A stretch of 64,000 nucleotides of DNA from Perkinsus chesapeaki ATCC PRA-425. Taxonomy: Eukaryota > Protista > Perkinsozoa. The notes beneath the pieces were generated by a model. That model did no database searches, was not told where the DNA came from, and was given only the letters and a program-made list of their open reading frames with translations. Location of the stretch: contig JAAPAO010000138.1 of the NCBI GenBank assembly GCA_013115145.1, forward strand, positions 1,243 through 65,242. The letters run 5' to 3'. This document shows positions 12,147 through 25,700 of this stretch, piece by piece (the stretch's first letter is position 1; each line of letters opens with the position of its first letter). A program made the translations under genes and the position numbers.

Positions 12147-14190
12147 TCACTCGTGGCCCTTCACAATGTTCCTCAAGGCCGTGCGGTCCAAGACGCGTTG
12201 GAGCTGACAACGTAAATGGCCAAGATGGCTTCAAACAGCGTGTTTTTTCGTACCGCAACTTTCTGTTTCTGCAACGAGTCGAGTTCATCTTGAAGCTTAG
12301 TGATCTCAGCTTCCTCGGCAACGACGTTCTCCAGCGTGGCATCAATTGCCGCGTCTTCCTCATCTGAGTTGTCCTCTGCTTTCTCTTCCTCTGAAGAGCA
12401 TGAGCCTGCATAAGTCAAAAAGCGAGCCCAGATGGAGGGAGCTCACCAATGTCTTTGCCGATCTTCTTGAGCATTGCCAACTTATCATCGAGGTAGGACA
12501 TCAGAATGTCCAACTCGCTGTTACTAGCAATCAAGACATGACCACGTCAAAGTAGGACCCCTCCTCCCTACTCGAGGTCCTCTACATCTACACCAGATGA
12601 ATCGTCCTCACTTCCACTGTCCTCTCGAGCAGGTACCGAGCGAGGCTTCGGGGCGAATGCCGAGCGCTGAGGTGGTAAGCCAGTTTTGAGAACCCCAAGA
12701 GGGGTATTCACCTTGGACTCGCTCTTCTCTGAGTCGGGCACATGAGCCGTGGAAGGCAGGGCAAGGCGAGCTCCACTCTCGGACGATGGTTTGCGGGGAT
12801 TCAAAACCACTGTGTTCCGCTCGAGATGGATATTCACCCACTTGCCCTGCTGGTCCATCAGGCGCTGGCAAACGCCCATCAACTCGTCCATGCTGATCTC
12901 GCGCTCTGAAGAAAAAAGATACACTTCGCGACCAGGATGCAGGACTTGCCTTTGAGCACGCGGACAAGATCTTTGTTTTGAACTTCGAGCATCTGCATAC
13001 GGTCCCTGCGAAGACAAGGTGTTCATCGACGGAGGGGATGTCCACACCTGTCGCGGCGGAGGGCATCAATCAATCTGCCTTGACTTGAAATGATTTGCTT
13101 CAAGGCATTAATCTGAAGACACGTAGTTCCATATCTCGCTTCGGGAGAGGCCCACTTGAGCAAGCTGTCGTTCTTCCAGACCCCGAGATGAAGAATCATC
13201 TGATCCTGGACTGAACGACTAGGAGAGGCATACAGTCAGTCAGATTTGCCATCATTCACCTTCATAGCAGGCATGCGCGCCTTAGCCGCCACGCCTGGCG
13301 ACGAGGCTCCGTAGCTGTCGGAGGAAGCATCTCCGCTATCGTCCATAATGGAAGAGTCATCCTCAGCCATGTCCGGGCAAAGCATGCGAAGGGTGGCGTA
13401 CCTTACTATAGCATGGCATGGGAATTAGCAACGTAGACTCACCATGCTTTGAAGTCCTCCACACCACTGCTGACGATCTCAACATAGCGATCGTATTTGG
13501 GGATAACCTATCAAGAGAAGCGATTAAGCAGATGGAAAATGTGAGCACGGTTACCAGCACGACGGAGGGATGAGTCTCATTAAGACAAATGACTCTATCA
13601 ACATCCTGGAGCTCGATAACAATACCTAATGCAGCTCACAAGATGAGAGATTCATCTGCAAGCTTGGAACTCACCAGGCTCCTTGCTGTTGTCAGTGGAT
13701 TCTTCTTCCTTCAGAGGTATGAATTTCACAGACTCCAGATTGCGATTCAGAATTCCCGTGCCTGAGAAGTCGACTTAGGTGAGGGCTCTCAAGCTAGCCA
13801 ACAGCTTACAGATGGCAGACTTGGTGACGATCTCCTCGTTTGAGCTGCCATCGTCATGCTCGACACGGAGGATGACGGGAATCCTGAACAAGAGTTGGAT
13901 CGACATGCCTTTCGTAAAGCTTACCCTTTCATGAGCCTCTTGATGTAAGCCTCCACTTGGGCTATTAATGAGACATCCTTCTGTGGGGAGGCGGAGTCTG
14001 AACGAGTCTCGGATTTAGTCATCAAAGGCGCAGTACTTACGAGACTATACGGGAGAGAAGTAAACACAAGCAGAATGCACAGTAAATATCAAAGTGCGCT
14101 CATGGATTTTACGAGTCGTTCAAAGAGTGTGAACGGCAAGCGAGCTCCCCCAGCATTAGTATAGACACCAGCGACCAAGGCAAGCATGTT
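12147..14190 (-). CDS. Hypothetical multi-exon protein with acidic/coiled-coil C-terminus
   Basis: Spliced exons ELDILMSYLDDKLAMLKKIG, EAEITKLQDELDSLQKQKVA|LQRVLDRTALRNIVKGHE*. 5' end uncertain. Confidence 0.5.
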
Positions 14191-14338
14191 ACGATGATCC
14201 CAAAGAGACTATAAAGACCTCGTGGACCGGGGATGAAAAGGAATCATCGTTTCTGACAGATCTACTTATCGCTCATTTGGGCGAGCGCTATCTACGACGC
14301 AAGATACTTTACAGAACTCACAAGGAAGACTGCCGCCG

Positions 14339-15330
14339 TTGCTTCCGCTGCGAATGCAGACGAGTGGCCGTCTTTCGATGCCCGGCCAAAGCCAGCGTGG
14401 GCTCCGAGCCGAGCTGTTGGCTATTATGAAGGACATACAGGACTTGGTATCCACCGACTTCAGCTCCCCTAGCCTATCGTGTCAGCAAAAGCTATTGGAC
14501 TGCATGGCACAGGTCGGGCAGCAGCGGATAACCGAGCTACGAAAACAGACGAGGTGAGCTCAGCACCGTTGCCAATATCGTAGATTTAGGCTTTTCAGTT
14601 TCTATCGTTCAAAGCTCCAAACAGTGTCCCGAGTAGCATCACTGCATATCCCCTGCAACTTGCCTCGACGACCTCGCTGCCAGAGGGTGCTTAAAGACAC
14701 ATCTGGCCTTCAGCCGAGGCAGACAGACTTAGAAACGATTAAGAGGGCCGCACGCGGCGATGATTCGACAACAATATCAACGGGAGTCATGTCTTGGGAG
14801 GCCATCGCAGTGAGGTGCAAATCGCTGAGTCGTGTGATCGAAGATGTTGTTGCCTTCGATGCACCCACTGATGCTTCGGAACCTTGTTTGGTGAAGCATT
14901 GACTATAATTGGCCCAGATTCGTTCCGAGCAGGGAACGTTCCTGCCAGTTGGCTAAGCCATGCAACCGTGATGTAGCGGAGAGCCACCAAGACTTGAGTT
15001 CAAGTTCGCGCATGGGTCAGCGATGTTCGACAAGCTCTTGCGAGATAGGTTGAAAACGCAAGTCAATGCCCTAAAGAAACTGACACTATAATCATCATCC
15101 ATCCAACGTATCAATGCAGCAGGAAGAACGGAGGCCTATGAAGAGCTTGTTGTCAACTTGTACTGCTCTGTACCGACAGCAACAGCTTGAAGTACATTCT
15201 CGACGGCTGAGGGAGGGCATCAATACGATGTGCTAGCGACAAGGGAACGTACCGGAAGGGATTATCAGCGGCCAACGCAGCCAGAAAGGCATGTCCTCGC
15301 TGAGGGGCCCAGATCTCATCTGGTATCCAA
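14339..15330 (+). CDS. Hypothetical coiled-coil protein
   Basis: Exon-like segments LRAELLAIMKDIQDL|QKLLDCMAQVGQQRITELRKQTR with GTGAG donors. Both ends uncertain. Confidence 0.3.
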
Positions 15331-16548
15331 AACCCAACGCAGCGATAACTGTGACAGAAGTGGCCAGCTTGCGGGAGGAGCCTGCCGGTGGAGCAGTACC
15401 AACCACGTAACGATAATATAACTAAGACGGGAGGGCATTCCGATCACCACTTTGGGATTAAAACTAACCTCGTGGCCGCAGTTGGTGAGAAGCTGAGCCC
15501 CGAGCAAGCAATTGGCCCAATTGGCGAGACTGCGCTCCATTCTGTAAGCGATATATACTGCCATAGCCGCAACGGCACCCTTGGTGGTGTATCGTATAGC
15601 CAGTCGGGAATTGGGGCTCAAGGATCGACCTACTCATAGGGCCGAGTCCGATTTACACAAATTGAAGGCAGCTGACTCGCAGTCCTCGAAAGCATCACGA
15701 AGCGCGACGTGTGTCTTACCAGTATCGGACTCCTCGAAGCGTTTGAGCTGGGGCGAGAGGAACTGGTTAACCACACTCACGATAGTGCTGGCTGTATTCA
15801 TCCCCAGACCGAATCGGGCGGCATTCCGCGAGAGGGCGGTAGCCAGGCAGCTCAAAATCTGACCAGACGCGAGAGTGACATGACAGAGATGATCCAAGAT
15901 GACCTACTTGCATGTATATATTGCGAAATGCCCTGCTAAGCCTATCAGTATCCACAGTACGGAGGACTACCTCCAGGACACCTGCATGGATAGGCTGGTC
16001 GAATGCCAGCAGCTTATGCCATGTACACTTACTGACATCATTGCCGGAGGAGGAGGAGGCAGCAGGCTCGGGAATATCGATATCAGGCAGAGCCGAGTCA
16101 CCCTCCCTTTTGTAGCAGAACAGCGGTATATCTCCAGGCAGGCTACTGCGCATATCATCACGAACCTACTGGTATCTTGAGAAGGAGGCAGCCGTCAAGA
16201 CCTACTTCAGAATAAACATCAGCGATCTCTTTGAAATCCCTTCTGAGATCTTCAACTTGAATTGACTGCAGTAGCAGGGAAGTGTAGGGGAAGTGGCTGA
16301 TGGAAGTGCTAGCGCTACAAGGCTGGAGGCTCTTACTTCCCATATCGCAACAGGAAAAGGCCCAAGACCCCGCCAAGGATGGTCCTGTTCTTATCCACCA
16401 CATTCTTAGTAGTGTCCACAACGGCCGTCACCCTCCGATAGGCCTTATGAGCGCTTTGTTCGACCTCTTGAAGAGTAACCACACCGTCACCGTCAACATC
16501 TAACATGCGACCAGCGCCACCTACAACGCTTTCACGGAGCTGGTCCAT
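15316..16548 (-). CDS. Hypothetical multi-TM protein with N-terminal EF-hand-like loop
   Basis: DVDGDGVVTLQE fits the DxDxDG EF loop. Hydrophobic segments TILGGVLGLFLL and AVAAMAVYIAY. 3' end approximate. Confidence 0.55.
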
Positions 16549-16775
16549 GCCTTAAAATATACAGGAAACACCTGCAAGACGTACTCGCTGTCTTACTGGA
16601 AGCTTAGCAGCTCCCCTAATTAAAGAGTCCACCGCGCAAATGTATGAAATTGGCCTTTCCGATAACGTTTCGGAGCCATTCACGAGCAGAGGTGACACAA
16701 CACGGTAGAGTGGTTCAAGAAACAGTGAAGTTACATGCACGTCGTCGCCGTTATAGATGGTAAGAAGGATACGTT

Positions 16776-17039
16776 ATGATGGAGCACATAAGGACAGTAG
16801 CTTCGTCTGGTTGCTCGCTGACAGCTTCACATCCGCCGGCGGCCATGGACTACTTCGGCTCAGGGCCGCCTGGAGGTCCGATAGGGATGGGTACAAGGCG
16901 GACAAGGCTACAACCTGCTTGGCGTCGATTCCTGGCACAAAGAATAATGACTATGACACGCGGGAAAGCGGTTGCCGAGATAAGCACGACCGTTGAGCAC
17001 TATCATTACGAGGTGATCAGCCACAAGATACTCAGATAA
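16776..17039 (+). CDS. Possible small protein
   Basis: Two overlapping ORFs of about 80 aa between neighbouring genes; correct frame not resolved. Confidence 0.2.
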   Translation: MMEHIRTVASSGCSLTASHPPAAMDYFGSGPPGGPIGMGTRRTRLQPAWRRFLAQRIMTMTRGKAVAEISTTVEHYHYEVISHKILR

Positions 17040-17076
17040 GTGGGATAGATTAGATTCCATCGCCTTAAGCGCTCCA

Positions 17077-19519
17077 TCAATCTGTCTGGGTCAATGATTT
17101 GAGAACGGTGATTGCACAGTTCGGTGAATAAGTGATACTAACATAGCGAAGGGGCGGTGAGACGAGATGACATCGTCGAGGTCCATGTAGTGATGGCCCA
17201 CCTTTTTCAAGGAGGACCTCCTCCATATGGATTCTTGATAGGATAGGATGTTCCGCCTCATCCCCCTCCAGTACGTACCGAAGCAGGCGATGGAATGCCC
17301 TTCGCCGCAGGCCTACAACAGGGAGCGTCTGTGCTACCATTACAGGACGGTAACCTCACCGAGATGCTCATACCAGGCATCGAGGTCGGATGGGCTCGAA
17401 GGAAGGAACTCCTTCAGCTGTTCCTTTGTCCAGCACCCCCCAACCACTGCAGATGCCACTTCCCTCGTAAGGCCTGGAAAACCCTCAGGACATACAAACG
17501 TAACATCTTCGTTACCATTGACCTTCTCCGTCATATCTTCTACTAAGGAATAGGTCTGATACTCCACAGAGCCCTCGCCACATGCTAGTTTGATAACCAT
17601 CATGGCTGTACGCTCATCCAGGCCCCACCGCTGAGCTAATAGCTCAATCTTGTTCGTCTCACCCTCTAACAGTTCCCTGAGCTCTTTCAGGGACCGGGCC
17701 TGCTTTGTGACAAAGTCAAGCTGGACCCCACGAATTCCCGCTGATCTGAGTTGTTCAATATATTCCTCATCGACAGTTGGGATCGGCTTCCAGTCCTCCC
17801 CCATTATGGAGGCGGCCAACCTCTGGCAGACGATCGATGTTGTTCTGCACTGCATCGCTCTGGCCAACCCCTCCAGCCCGCCTGGCTTCTCCAGCGCAGC
17901 CACCAGCCGTTTCATTGTCGGATATCGCTTAGCTGAGGCGTAGGCCATCCGCGTCGACACGCCCTTCACAGCCATTAGCATATTTATCATGTCGTGATCG
18001 GGGGTCTTCTGTGCCTTGTAAACTTGGGAGGCAACCCTCACTGGTGTGAAATCGCTCGGTCCAGCGCAGAGCTTTTTGAAACTCTGGACTATCTTATCCA
18101 GCACCGTAATGGTTTCATGCAATGATTCCGTCCGAAGAAGCACTAGCCTATCTCTTATCGGTATTCTGACCATGTATCCGTATACCAGCTCAGTGTTGAA
18201 ACGGTTGTCCACAGATCCCTCGACCAGCACTATCACTCGATGCCTTTGGTAGTCAACAGCCTCCAGCAATGCCGAGAGCTGGTTGCGGAGGCGCCCGTCA
18301 CGATGTGAGGATAGCAAGTCACGGACAGTCTTCCTCTCGATGATGAGCTTGTCCGATCCATCTTCGATCACCACATCCCCAACGTCTAGGCGAGCCACCT
18401 CGTATCTAGTTCGCAACCATGGTGTGAGCTACTCACTCGAGCTTGGCGCCCCTTACCCTCTTCGTTTCCCACTCGTACCATCGTCGTGCCCCAAGGCCTC
18501 CAACAGCAGACCTTCCCGAGTATCTATCGTCACTGTCACGCCTCGAGGAGGCTTCTTTAACCCGCCGCCTTCGGACAGGTCACTATCATCCGAGCTGTCG
18601 TGTTCCCAGTGATCATCCAAGACCTTCCGCGGCCTGAGGGCACCGAAGAGATTGACGGGTAGCAGAATCAGATGACGGACAGGACTCTGCCGGATTGTAT
18701 CTGGTGGGCGACGTAGTGGCCCCATCCCCGCAAGTAAGGCGGCCATGGCCGGTCACTCTTGACGAGATTGTGCAGCGCTCCAACCTGACTGATGCCATAT
18801 TCCATCCATCTGTATTGGCTATTAAGTACCCACCAGATTGCCAGAATTCAAAACTTCTTCTTCCGAAAGGCCCTCTAGGACAGCCCGAGCTTCCTCATCA
18901 GACTTGAACGGCGACTTGAAGGTCGAGTCGTTATCGATGTCTGGCATCGACCTATCCAACGGAGTGTAATTATACAGCAAAATGCTCCTACGGATTTGGC
19001 TTCCTCAGTAGAGTGAAAACCAGGGACGCCTGTTCTTTACCGCGAACACGGGATGCCCTGAGATAATCGGTCCTCCGCATAACCCAGCAGGAGCAGGCAG
19101 CCACTGAGAGAGGCCCTCACTGAAATGCCAGCTTGGTAGCAAAGAAGTGCGCCCATGCCCGCTGTGTACTGGTCCACTGTGATCCACCCTCGAAGTGATC
19201 AACGAGCGATGCCACCTGGACAATAGCAGCGACAAGACGTTGCCTGAAGTTCTTAGATCGCCTCACGAATTGGTCGGGTTTGTCCTTCTGGGACGTCAGT
19301 ATTTTTCGCAGTGTCTGAAGCACCTCATCATCAGATATGAAGGCAGATACGAATTTTGTGGGAGGCCTAACAGTGCCAGTAGATCAAACCCTACCACACC
19401 AGAACTAACCTTTGCCTGAACCGCACTGTAAACTTCAAAGGAGCGGCTTGGCTATACAGTCGTAGTGGTAGTGCAAGGAATGGCCGTAGTGGCCTTGGAC
19501 TATGCAGGAGGGTCATCAT
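17077..19519 (-). CDS. ERCC4 (XPF/MUS81-family) structure-specific endonuclease with HhH-like repeats
   Basis: VTIDTRE...RLDVGDVVI...IIERKTVRDLLSSHRDGRLRNQ is an intact catalytic signature; MLMAVKGVSTRMA is HhH-like. An in-frame spliced path from ATG 19519 can be built with GT-AG introns. Confidence 0.85.
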
Positions 19520-19752
19520 ACACGCAAGCTGCGCATCTGATAACTGCCCTACACTTGACGTGCTGGTAGATGGATGAAGTACTCCGGGACACCAGCTGTG
19601 AGCAACGTCGGCGGCACAACACAACAGGAGGGCGATAGAAAAATCAAAGTGACGGCGAGCTCGCCCGAAACGGCAACCACATGATTGAGTGAATATATGC
19701 AATTAAACGCGCGTTTACGCGTGGGTACGTAGGAAGTGGAGATGGCTGTGAC

Positions 19753-22700
19753 CTAGTTCATCCGCCTGGCCTCACCAAGGTCTCGGGAGGGCGAGGCGGA
19801 CTGGATGGCCTTCACTGGAGCTGGCTTGAACATCTGCAGCATACGGTGTGTTATAGCGAATCCACCAGATACATTAATGAGGCTGAAGAATATAGCAGCC
19901 AAAGCGGATATGACCTGAACAACCAACATCACTGGGGAATGGTGGTTCGCCAAACCGATGGTGAGGCACCCACCTGTCCACTCGGGAACGGTCCGTTCAT
20001 CTGCAGCATGCCGCCAGTAGCAATAACACCACTGATGGCATTGGTGACTGATATGAGAGGTGTATGAAGTGCCGGAGTCACAGCGGCCACAGTGAAGTGA
20101 CCAATTAGTAGAGACAACACCTACGGGCAGCAGTGCAGAGCAGAACGCGGCGAGCCACTTACAAAGTCCCCAACAAGACGGACATTCTGAACATCAGCCG
20201 AAAGTCCGAGAGCCATGACCACTGTGAACCCCAGAGCCACAGCGACCGCTTCAGAGTGGTCACACAGGTAGTCTGATACGGCCAATGAGATACAGGTAAC
20301 GAAGCTGTACGCACCAAGGACAGCTTGAGCGCTGCTATCATCATCACTCCGTATAGGAGGTAGTTCTATTCCCACTGGTAGAGAGGGAGGCACTGGCGCT
20401 AGAGGCTGAGGCAGCGGTGGTGGGGGGTAACTGAGGTGGGCAAAGGTTCAGGGGTTGCTGGGTCTCCACGGAGCTTACAGCATCTCGCCATCTTTAGTGA
20501 GGGTGCTTTGCCGTACAACAACATCATCAAAGTTGAACTCGAGACTGGCCGGCCCAGCTCCATCCAGTATATCTGCTTCCGATTCGCTCAGATATGACGG
20601 TTAGGGTAGGCCACCTTTCCTAAGCAGCTGAAGTATACCCAGCAGATTGTGACTGAGCATGGTCGAGCTCTGCTGGGGCATATCAGACGTCAAAGTCGTA
20701 CGACCAACTACGGTCACTTGGGACGAGCCGTCGAGTATCGTTCGACCCGGGACCTGAAAAACACAGCTGTCTTGTTATGGACGGAGCATGGGGGCCGCCG
20801 ACAGTGAGTTCACAATTGCCTCCAGCGGTCGCTGCAAGATCAACAATCACACTGTGTGGTGCCATAGACCGAACCTGAAATAGACCACTGAGGGGGGCGT
20901 GTACCGCACAGCACCACGGGCGTGAACCACATGTGAATAGGAAACGAGGGACCTTTGAGAGCTGGCCTGGAGCTGTACACGCCACCTCGATAAAACGAAC
21001 AATAGTGTCGTCACATTTCGAACCGATGAGACCGGTAGTCGGGTTAATGGGAATCTCAGTCCAGGAGTCACTGTGTATTTTATCAGTGAAGCAAGGTATT
21101 AAATACGGCCCTTTACTCACCATCTCTCGAGTCACCAATATCGGTGCCTTCCTGTTGGGTATCATAGCCGTACAGATGACCACGTCTACCTACAACGTAA
21201 GGGCTCAACACTAGCTTGCTTAAAAGCACTCCCTACCTTCTTCACCATCGCCGCGTAGGTCTCCATTTGAGCCCGTTTGAATTCAGGAGAACTGATCTCC
21301 GCGGCGTACCCACCGGTCCCGCCGCCGCCGGCTCCCGATGACACACGGCAGTCGATACGAACAAAGGTGGCCCCCATAGATTCGATTTGCTCCTTTGTGG
21401 TGTCCCTAACGTCGCTGGCATACACACGTGCTCCAAGGCTCTGAGCTGTGGCCACCGCAGAGAGACCAGCCACACCCGTGCCTGTCAGAGACCCCGTCGA
21501 GCCGATCATCACCGAGGGGGTTTTGTCGGTACTACCAATGACAAAGACACTAGCTGCTGGCAGGTGACCACTAGCTGTTACTGATGGGCGAGATATCCGA
21601 GGCAATGCGTGGAAGGCCTCCACTACAGCCCTATAATGATGAACATAGAGGAATAGAGCTACAACAACACCTACCTATAGCCTGCAATGTTGGCCATGGA
21701 GGTGAGGACATCTAACTTCTGGGCACGACTGAGAGGAGGCAGCAGCAGCAGCTTATAGAGATGCTGCGAGAGGTACACCGTCAACATGCCTTATTCTTGG
21801 TATAGCTGCCATGTTGATGACCGTCACTTTCTTAACACGAAGCTGCTCGATAAGCCCGAGAATCTCATCGTTGACCGAAAACGTCGATACGATAACCTTG
21901 AAGTTACAGTCAAAGCATCGACATTGCATCCCCACCTGGCCCGCAGGCAGCAGCTCGTTGCTGTCGCGGCTTAGATCCACGTCCCTGCTGCTCAAAGGGC
22001 CTACTCGAAGGACAACGTCAGATTTCGCATATACCTCCGCCTGAATAAAGACTCAGCGGTGATGGCAGCGCTAGTTGGATGCCCCATTACCGCAGTCTTG
22101 AGACACGTCGCTCCCATAAGCTCATACTCTTCATCGGAGAAGCTGGCCTCTTTACCGCTACCCTCCTCGAATGCCACATCGAAGCCAAGCATCCGAAGCT
22201 TACGAGTGACGACCGGTGTCACCGCCACACGGCGTTCCACCTCTGTGGTCTCTGAGCGATAACTTCAGAACCAATCTCAACGAGACAGCAAACTACCGCC
22301 AGCTCCGAAGGTGGACTCGTTAACGAAACCGACCATGACACCAGCTGGCGGGTACTCCACTCTCTGTTCAGCACTCTCACTGGCAGCGTCTTTGCCCGCC
22401 GAGTTGCCCGTCTCCCCGAGTACAGCGGTCGGGCCTAGTGCCAGGATGACTGGGATGACTGAAGGCGTCTGGAGGTTACCTTCCTCAACGACGTTCTCAC
22501 TGGGCAGTTTATCAGCCAGCTCATTCCGTACTTTATCCACCACATCACGAGCATGCCCGAAGAGCATCCGACTATTATCGTTAAAGAACAGAGGGTTCTC
22601 CACTCCGGAGTATCTAATTGGCTCTGATGAGGACCAAACTAGAGACCATAATCACACCCAGTTGCCATGCTCCTCTTCAGCACCACACATTCGCGGCACT

Positions 22701-25700
22701 TCCACACTTCTATTGCTGGCATCCCGTATATCGGGCTAGAAGGGTCGCTGCCTGTAGTCGGGTTAACGATATCGTTGGCACCGAGGACGATACACAAGTC
22801 GAAAGAGCCTATGTCCGCATTAACCTGCGGAGACCGCCGCTCACCACTTCCCTTATGTCGCAGTGAAGTACGGTACCTCCTCCATCTCAAGCACTATATC
22901 ATAGGGAACACTGGCCTCTGCCAGAAGCACGTTCATATGCCCAGGCAATCTACCCGCAACTGGATGGATGCCAAATACGACTGTTGATCCACTGAGCACT
23001 AGGATGTACCACACCTCGTAGGAGGACAGCCTCCTACTTCCGATTTCGGAGCAGGTTGGCGATCTCTGAAACCTGCTGCTGACAGCGAGCCACAGCCATA
23101 CCATAACCGGGAACGATTAGCACCTATTAACAGCTGAAGAGATGAGGAACAGCCTACCGAAGCCTTACTTTCTTCGCGTCAGTCAGCTTCCTGACAAGCT
23201 CCGAGGCGTCAATAGTATGAATTTCACCAGCAATATTCCCACTACTAGGAGCGACAACAGAGCCATCCTCAACTCCAAACCCTCCTGAATGAAATAGCAT
23301 AGAAGCCTGAATAGCGCCTCAACCTGTTACCTTGAAGAACGCTGACGAGACTGCGGTTGATGCCTCGACACATCATGTCACTAAGCAAAGCGCCACTGCT
23401 TGTTACCAGTGCACCAGTCATAACCAACTAAAAGGCAAGCATCGGTACTCAATGAGGAGAGAATTATTATCGCGTACCATAGAGTTGGACATCATGAACC
23501 CTGACGCTGATGTTGCAAGCCCAGAAAGGGAGTTGAGCAAGCTAACGATAACTGGCATATCTGCACCTCCGATAGGTAGAACCATCATGGCCCCTGAGCC
23601 GGAGAGCGGCTTGCGCGAAGACCATCAAGCATTCAGCCGACTGGAGATTGGTAAACTCTTAATGTAAGAGCTAGACAGTTCCAATCCAGGAACAAACCGG
23701 TGGTGTCAATATCGTGGACACAGGGGGACTAGCTCAAATGGTAGAGCGCTCGCTTAGCAAGCGAGAGGCACCGGGATCGATGCCCGGGTTCTCCATTTTC
23801 CTATGCGTAGCATGTAGTGCCTACAAGGTGGCGTTTCCTTGTTCCCACATTGGTAGTTTCTATTGTCTTTGATCAATGACTCACGGAATTACACGCCGAC
23901 ACGGGAATTATAGGGAGGCGGGCCGATGAAATTAGCTGGGACGTGTCATGCGCACCCGTGCGCACGAAGCTTGCATGAAATATGGGCAAGCTGATCCGAA
24001 CACAAAGTATGTCCCGATGATAAAGCAAACGACTGGTCGATGCAGGGCTCGAACCTGCGACCCTCGCGTTATTAGCACGATGCTCTAACCGACTGAGCTA
24101 AACGACCACTGATCTAACAATATCAATGCATGAATCTAGAAATTCATCCAGCTCCTCCGTTGCCTTCAGAATTTCGTACAGTATCCAATCCCAGACAAAC
24201 TGCTCAACAGAGTTGGCTATGTGGGAGCTAAAGTTTGGTCCTCATTAGAGCAGTATCTTTCAGACAGCTTATCAGAAAGGACGAATTAGATGTGCTGCGA
24301 AAGTAAGGTTCACTTGCACCGGGTGAATAAGTGCACCAACGCCTGTGCGACGGCGCGCTCATCACACGCTGTTCCAACACACAATATCGCGGAAACGTAA
24401 AAGTATGAAGCGCAAAAGCCGAGTCAACCGCCGCTTCAGCTGTAAAGTACAGTCAGGAGGCCTAGATAAGATTTCCTACGCCTCCGCGGATAAGTTTGCC
24501 GGTATCCTAACGAATTGCATGCGAGAGTATATCAAGTCTGTGGCTTGGTCAATGAAAACTCCTCAACTGTACAGGCACTTCCTGAACGGACATAGCCGAG
24601 TGCCTCTTTTCAGGGCCGCTATGCTCTGGACTCCATAGCTTGAAGTTGGGGAGTGGGTCATGCGAGCGACAGACCAAGCTTGGCTATGATATACATGTCA
24701 TTGGCACGCGACCTCCACTTTAGGCTACGAATAAATGCATGCGGCGCACACTATGCGCCACACGTATCGTTTGCCTGAGCGTAGAAGTGCCCGTTAAAAA
24801 GATCGAGTACCTGGTATGATTGAGTGACTGAAATGGGAGCTATCTGAAGTATGTGAACTGAAGTAAGTACATAGCAAGCGAGAGGCACCGGGATCGATGC
24901 CCGGGTTCTCCATTTTTCCAGTCGTTTATGCAGTTTGTTCTCCGATTGCACTCCTCGAAACAGTTTAATAAACGAGATATGAATATTAATCAGCACGGTC
25001 CCCGTTCTCTTGTAGCCTCGAGTCGGTCTCCAGCTAGGGCGTATGCCTATAGGTAAATTGAAGCAACTCTTCGAGGCATGTTGCACGCACAGTTGGCTGC
25101 TCTGTTCACTCGGAAAATCGACCACTTGGCCGGAACACAAGATGTGTCCCTTACATTGACAAAACACTGGTCGATGCAGGGCTCGAACCTGCGACCCTCG
25201 CGTTATTAGCACGATGCTCTAACCGACTGAGCTAAACGACCCATACCATACTGATTCTGGGCACGCCATTAAGCAATGCGCCTCATCGTCACCACGAAAT
25301 GGGGGAGTGTTCCGTCGTACCAAATTCAAATTTTCTACTGACACGTCCTCAACCACGACCGAAGAGTGATCCACACGCATCAGGGACTACTCATCTATCC
25401 CCGCTAGGCCAGTCCCGCAATTTCCCATAGGTGGTGGAACAACGACAGAAACTCCTCGGCGTGCTGCGTCACGTCACCATCATGACAGTACGCGGGTGAA
25501 TTTTACCTATCACCTCCGCCTAGTCCCACAGAAAAGACAAGAGCCGTAGCCAATAGGGATAGGATTGCAGTGAATCTGGTTAGTGCAACGCCATGGTGCA
25601 GGAATAAGCACTCGGGGTGATAGCGCATCGAAATTATAATGTAGCGCTAGGGAAGAAGGGTAGTTGGCAACAAGGACTACCGGCGCACATACTGTGCGCT

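Noticed and set aside
19704-19717. 14-bp perfect palindrome TAAACGCGCGTTTA between NNT and the nuclease gene
   Set aside because: Single short occurrence; cannot be separated from chance without conservation data.
24751-25212. 153-aa minus-strand ORF
   Set aside because: It runs through tRNA-Ile and antisense to the half tRNA-Ala inside an intron, and has no protein-like features.
25544-25552. CCGTAGCCA, resembling the start of the dinoflagellate/Perkinsus spliced leader
   Set aside because: Only 9 nt match; no TGGCTCAAG-GT or Sm site follows.
24743-25699. Two small GGCGCACA...TGCGC hairpins (~24743 and ~25682)
   Set aside because: Short, at unequal distances from the tRNAs, and explainable as remnants of the duplicated unit.
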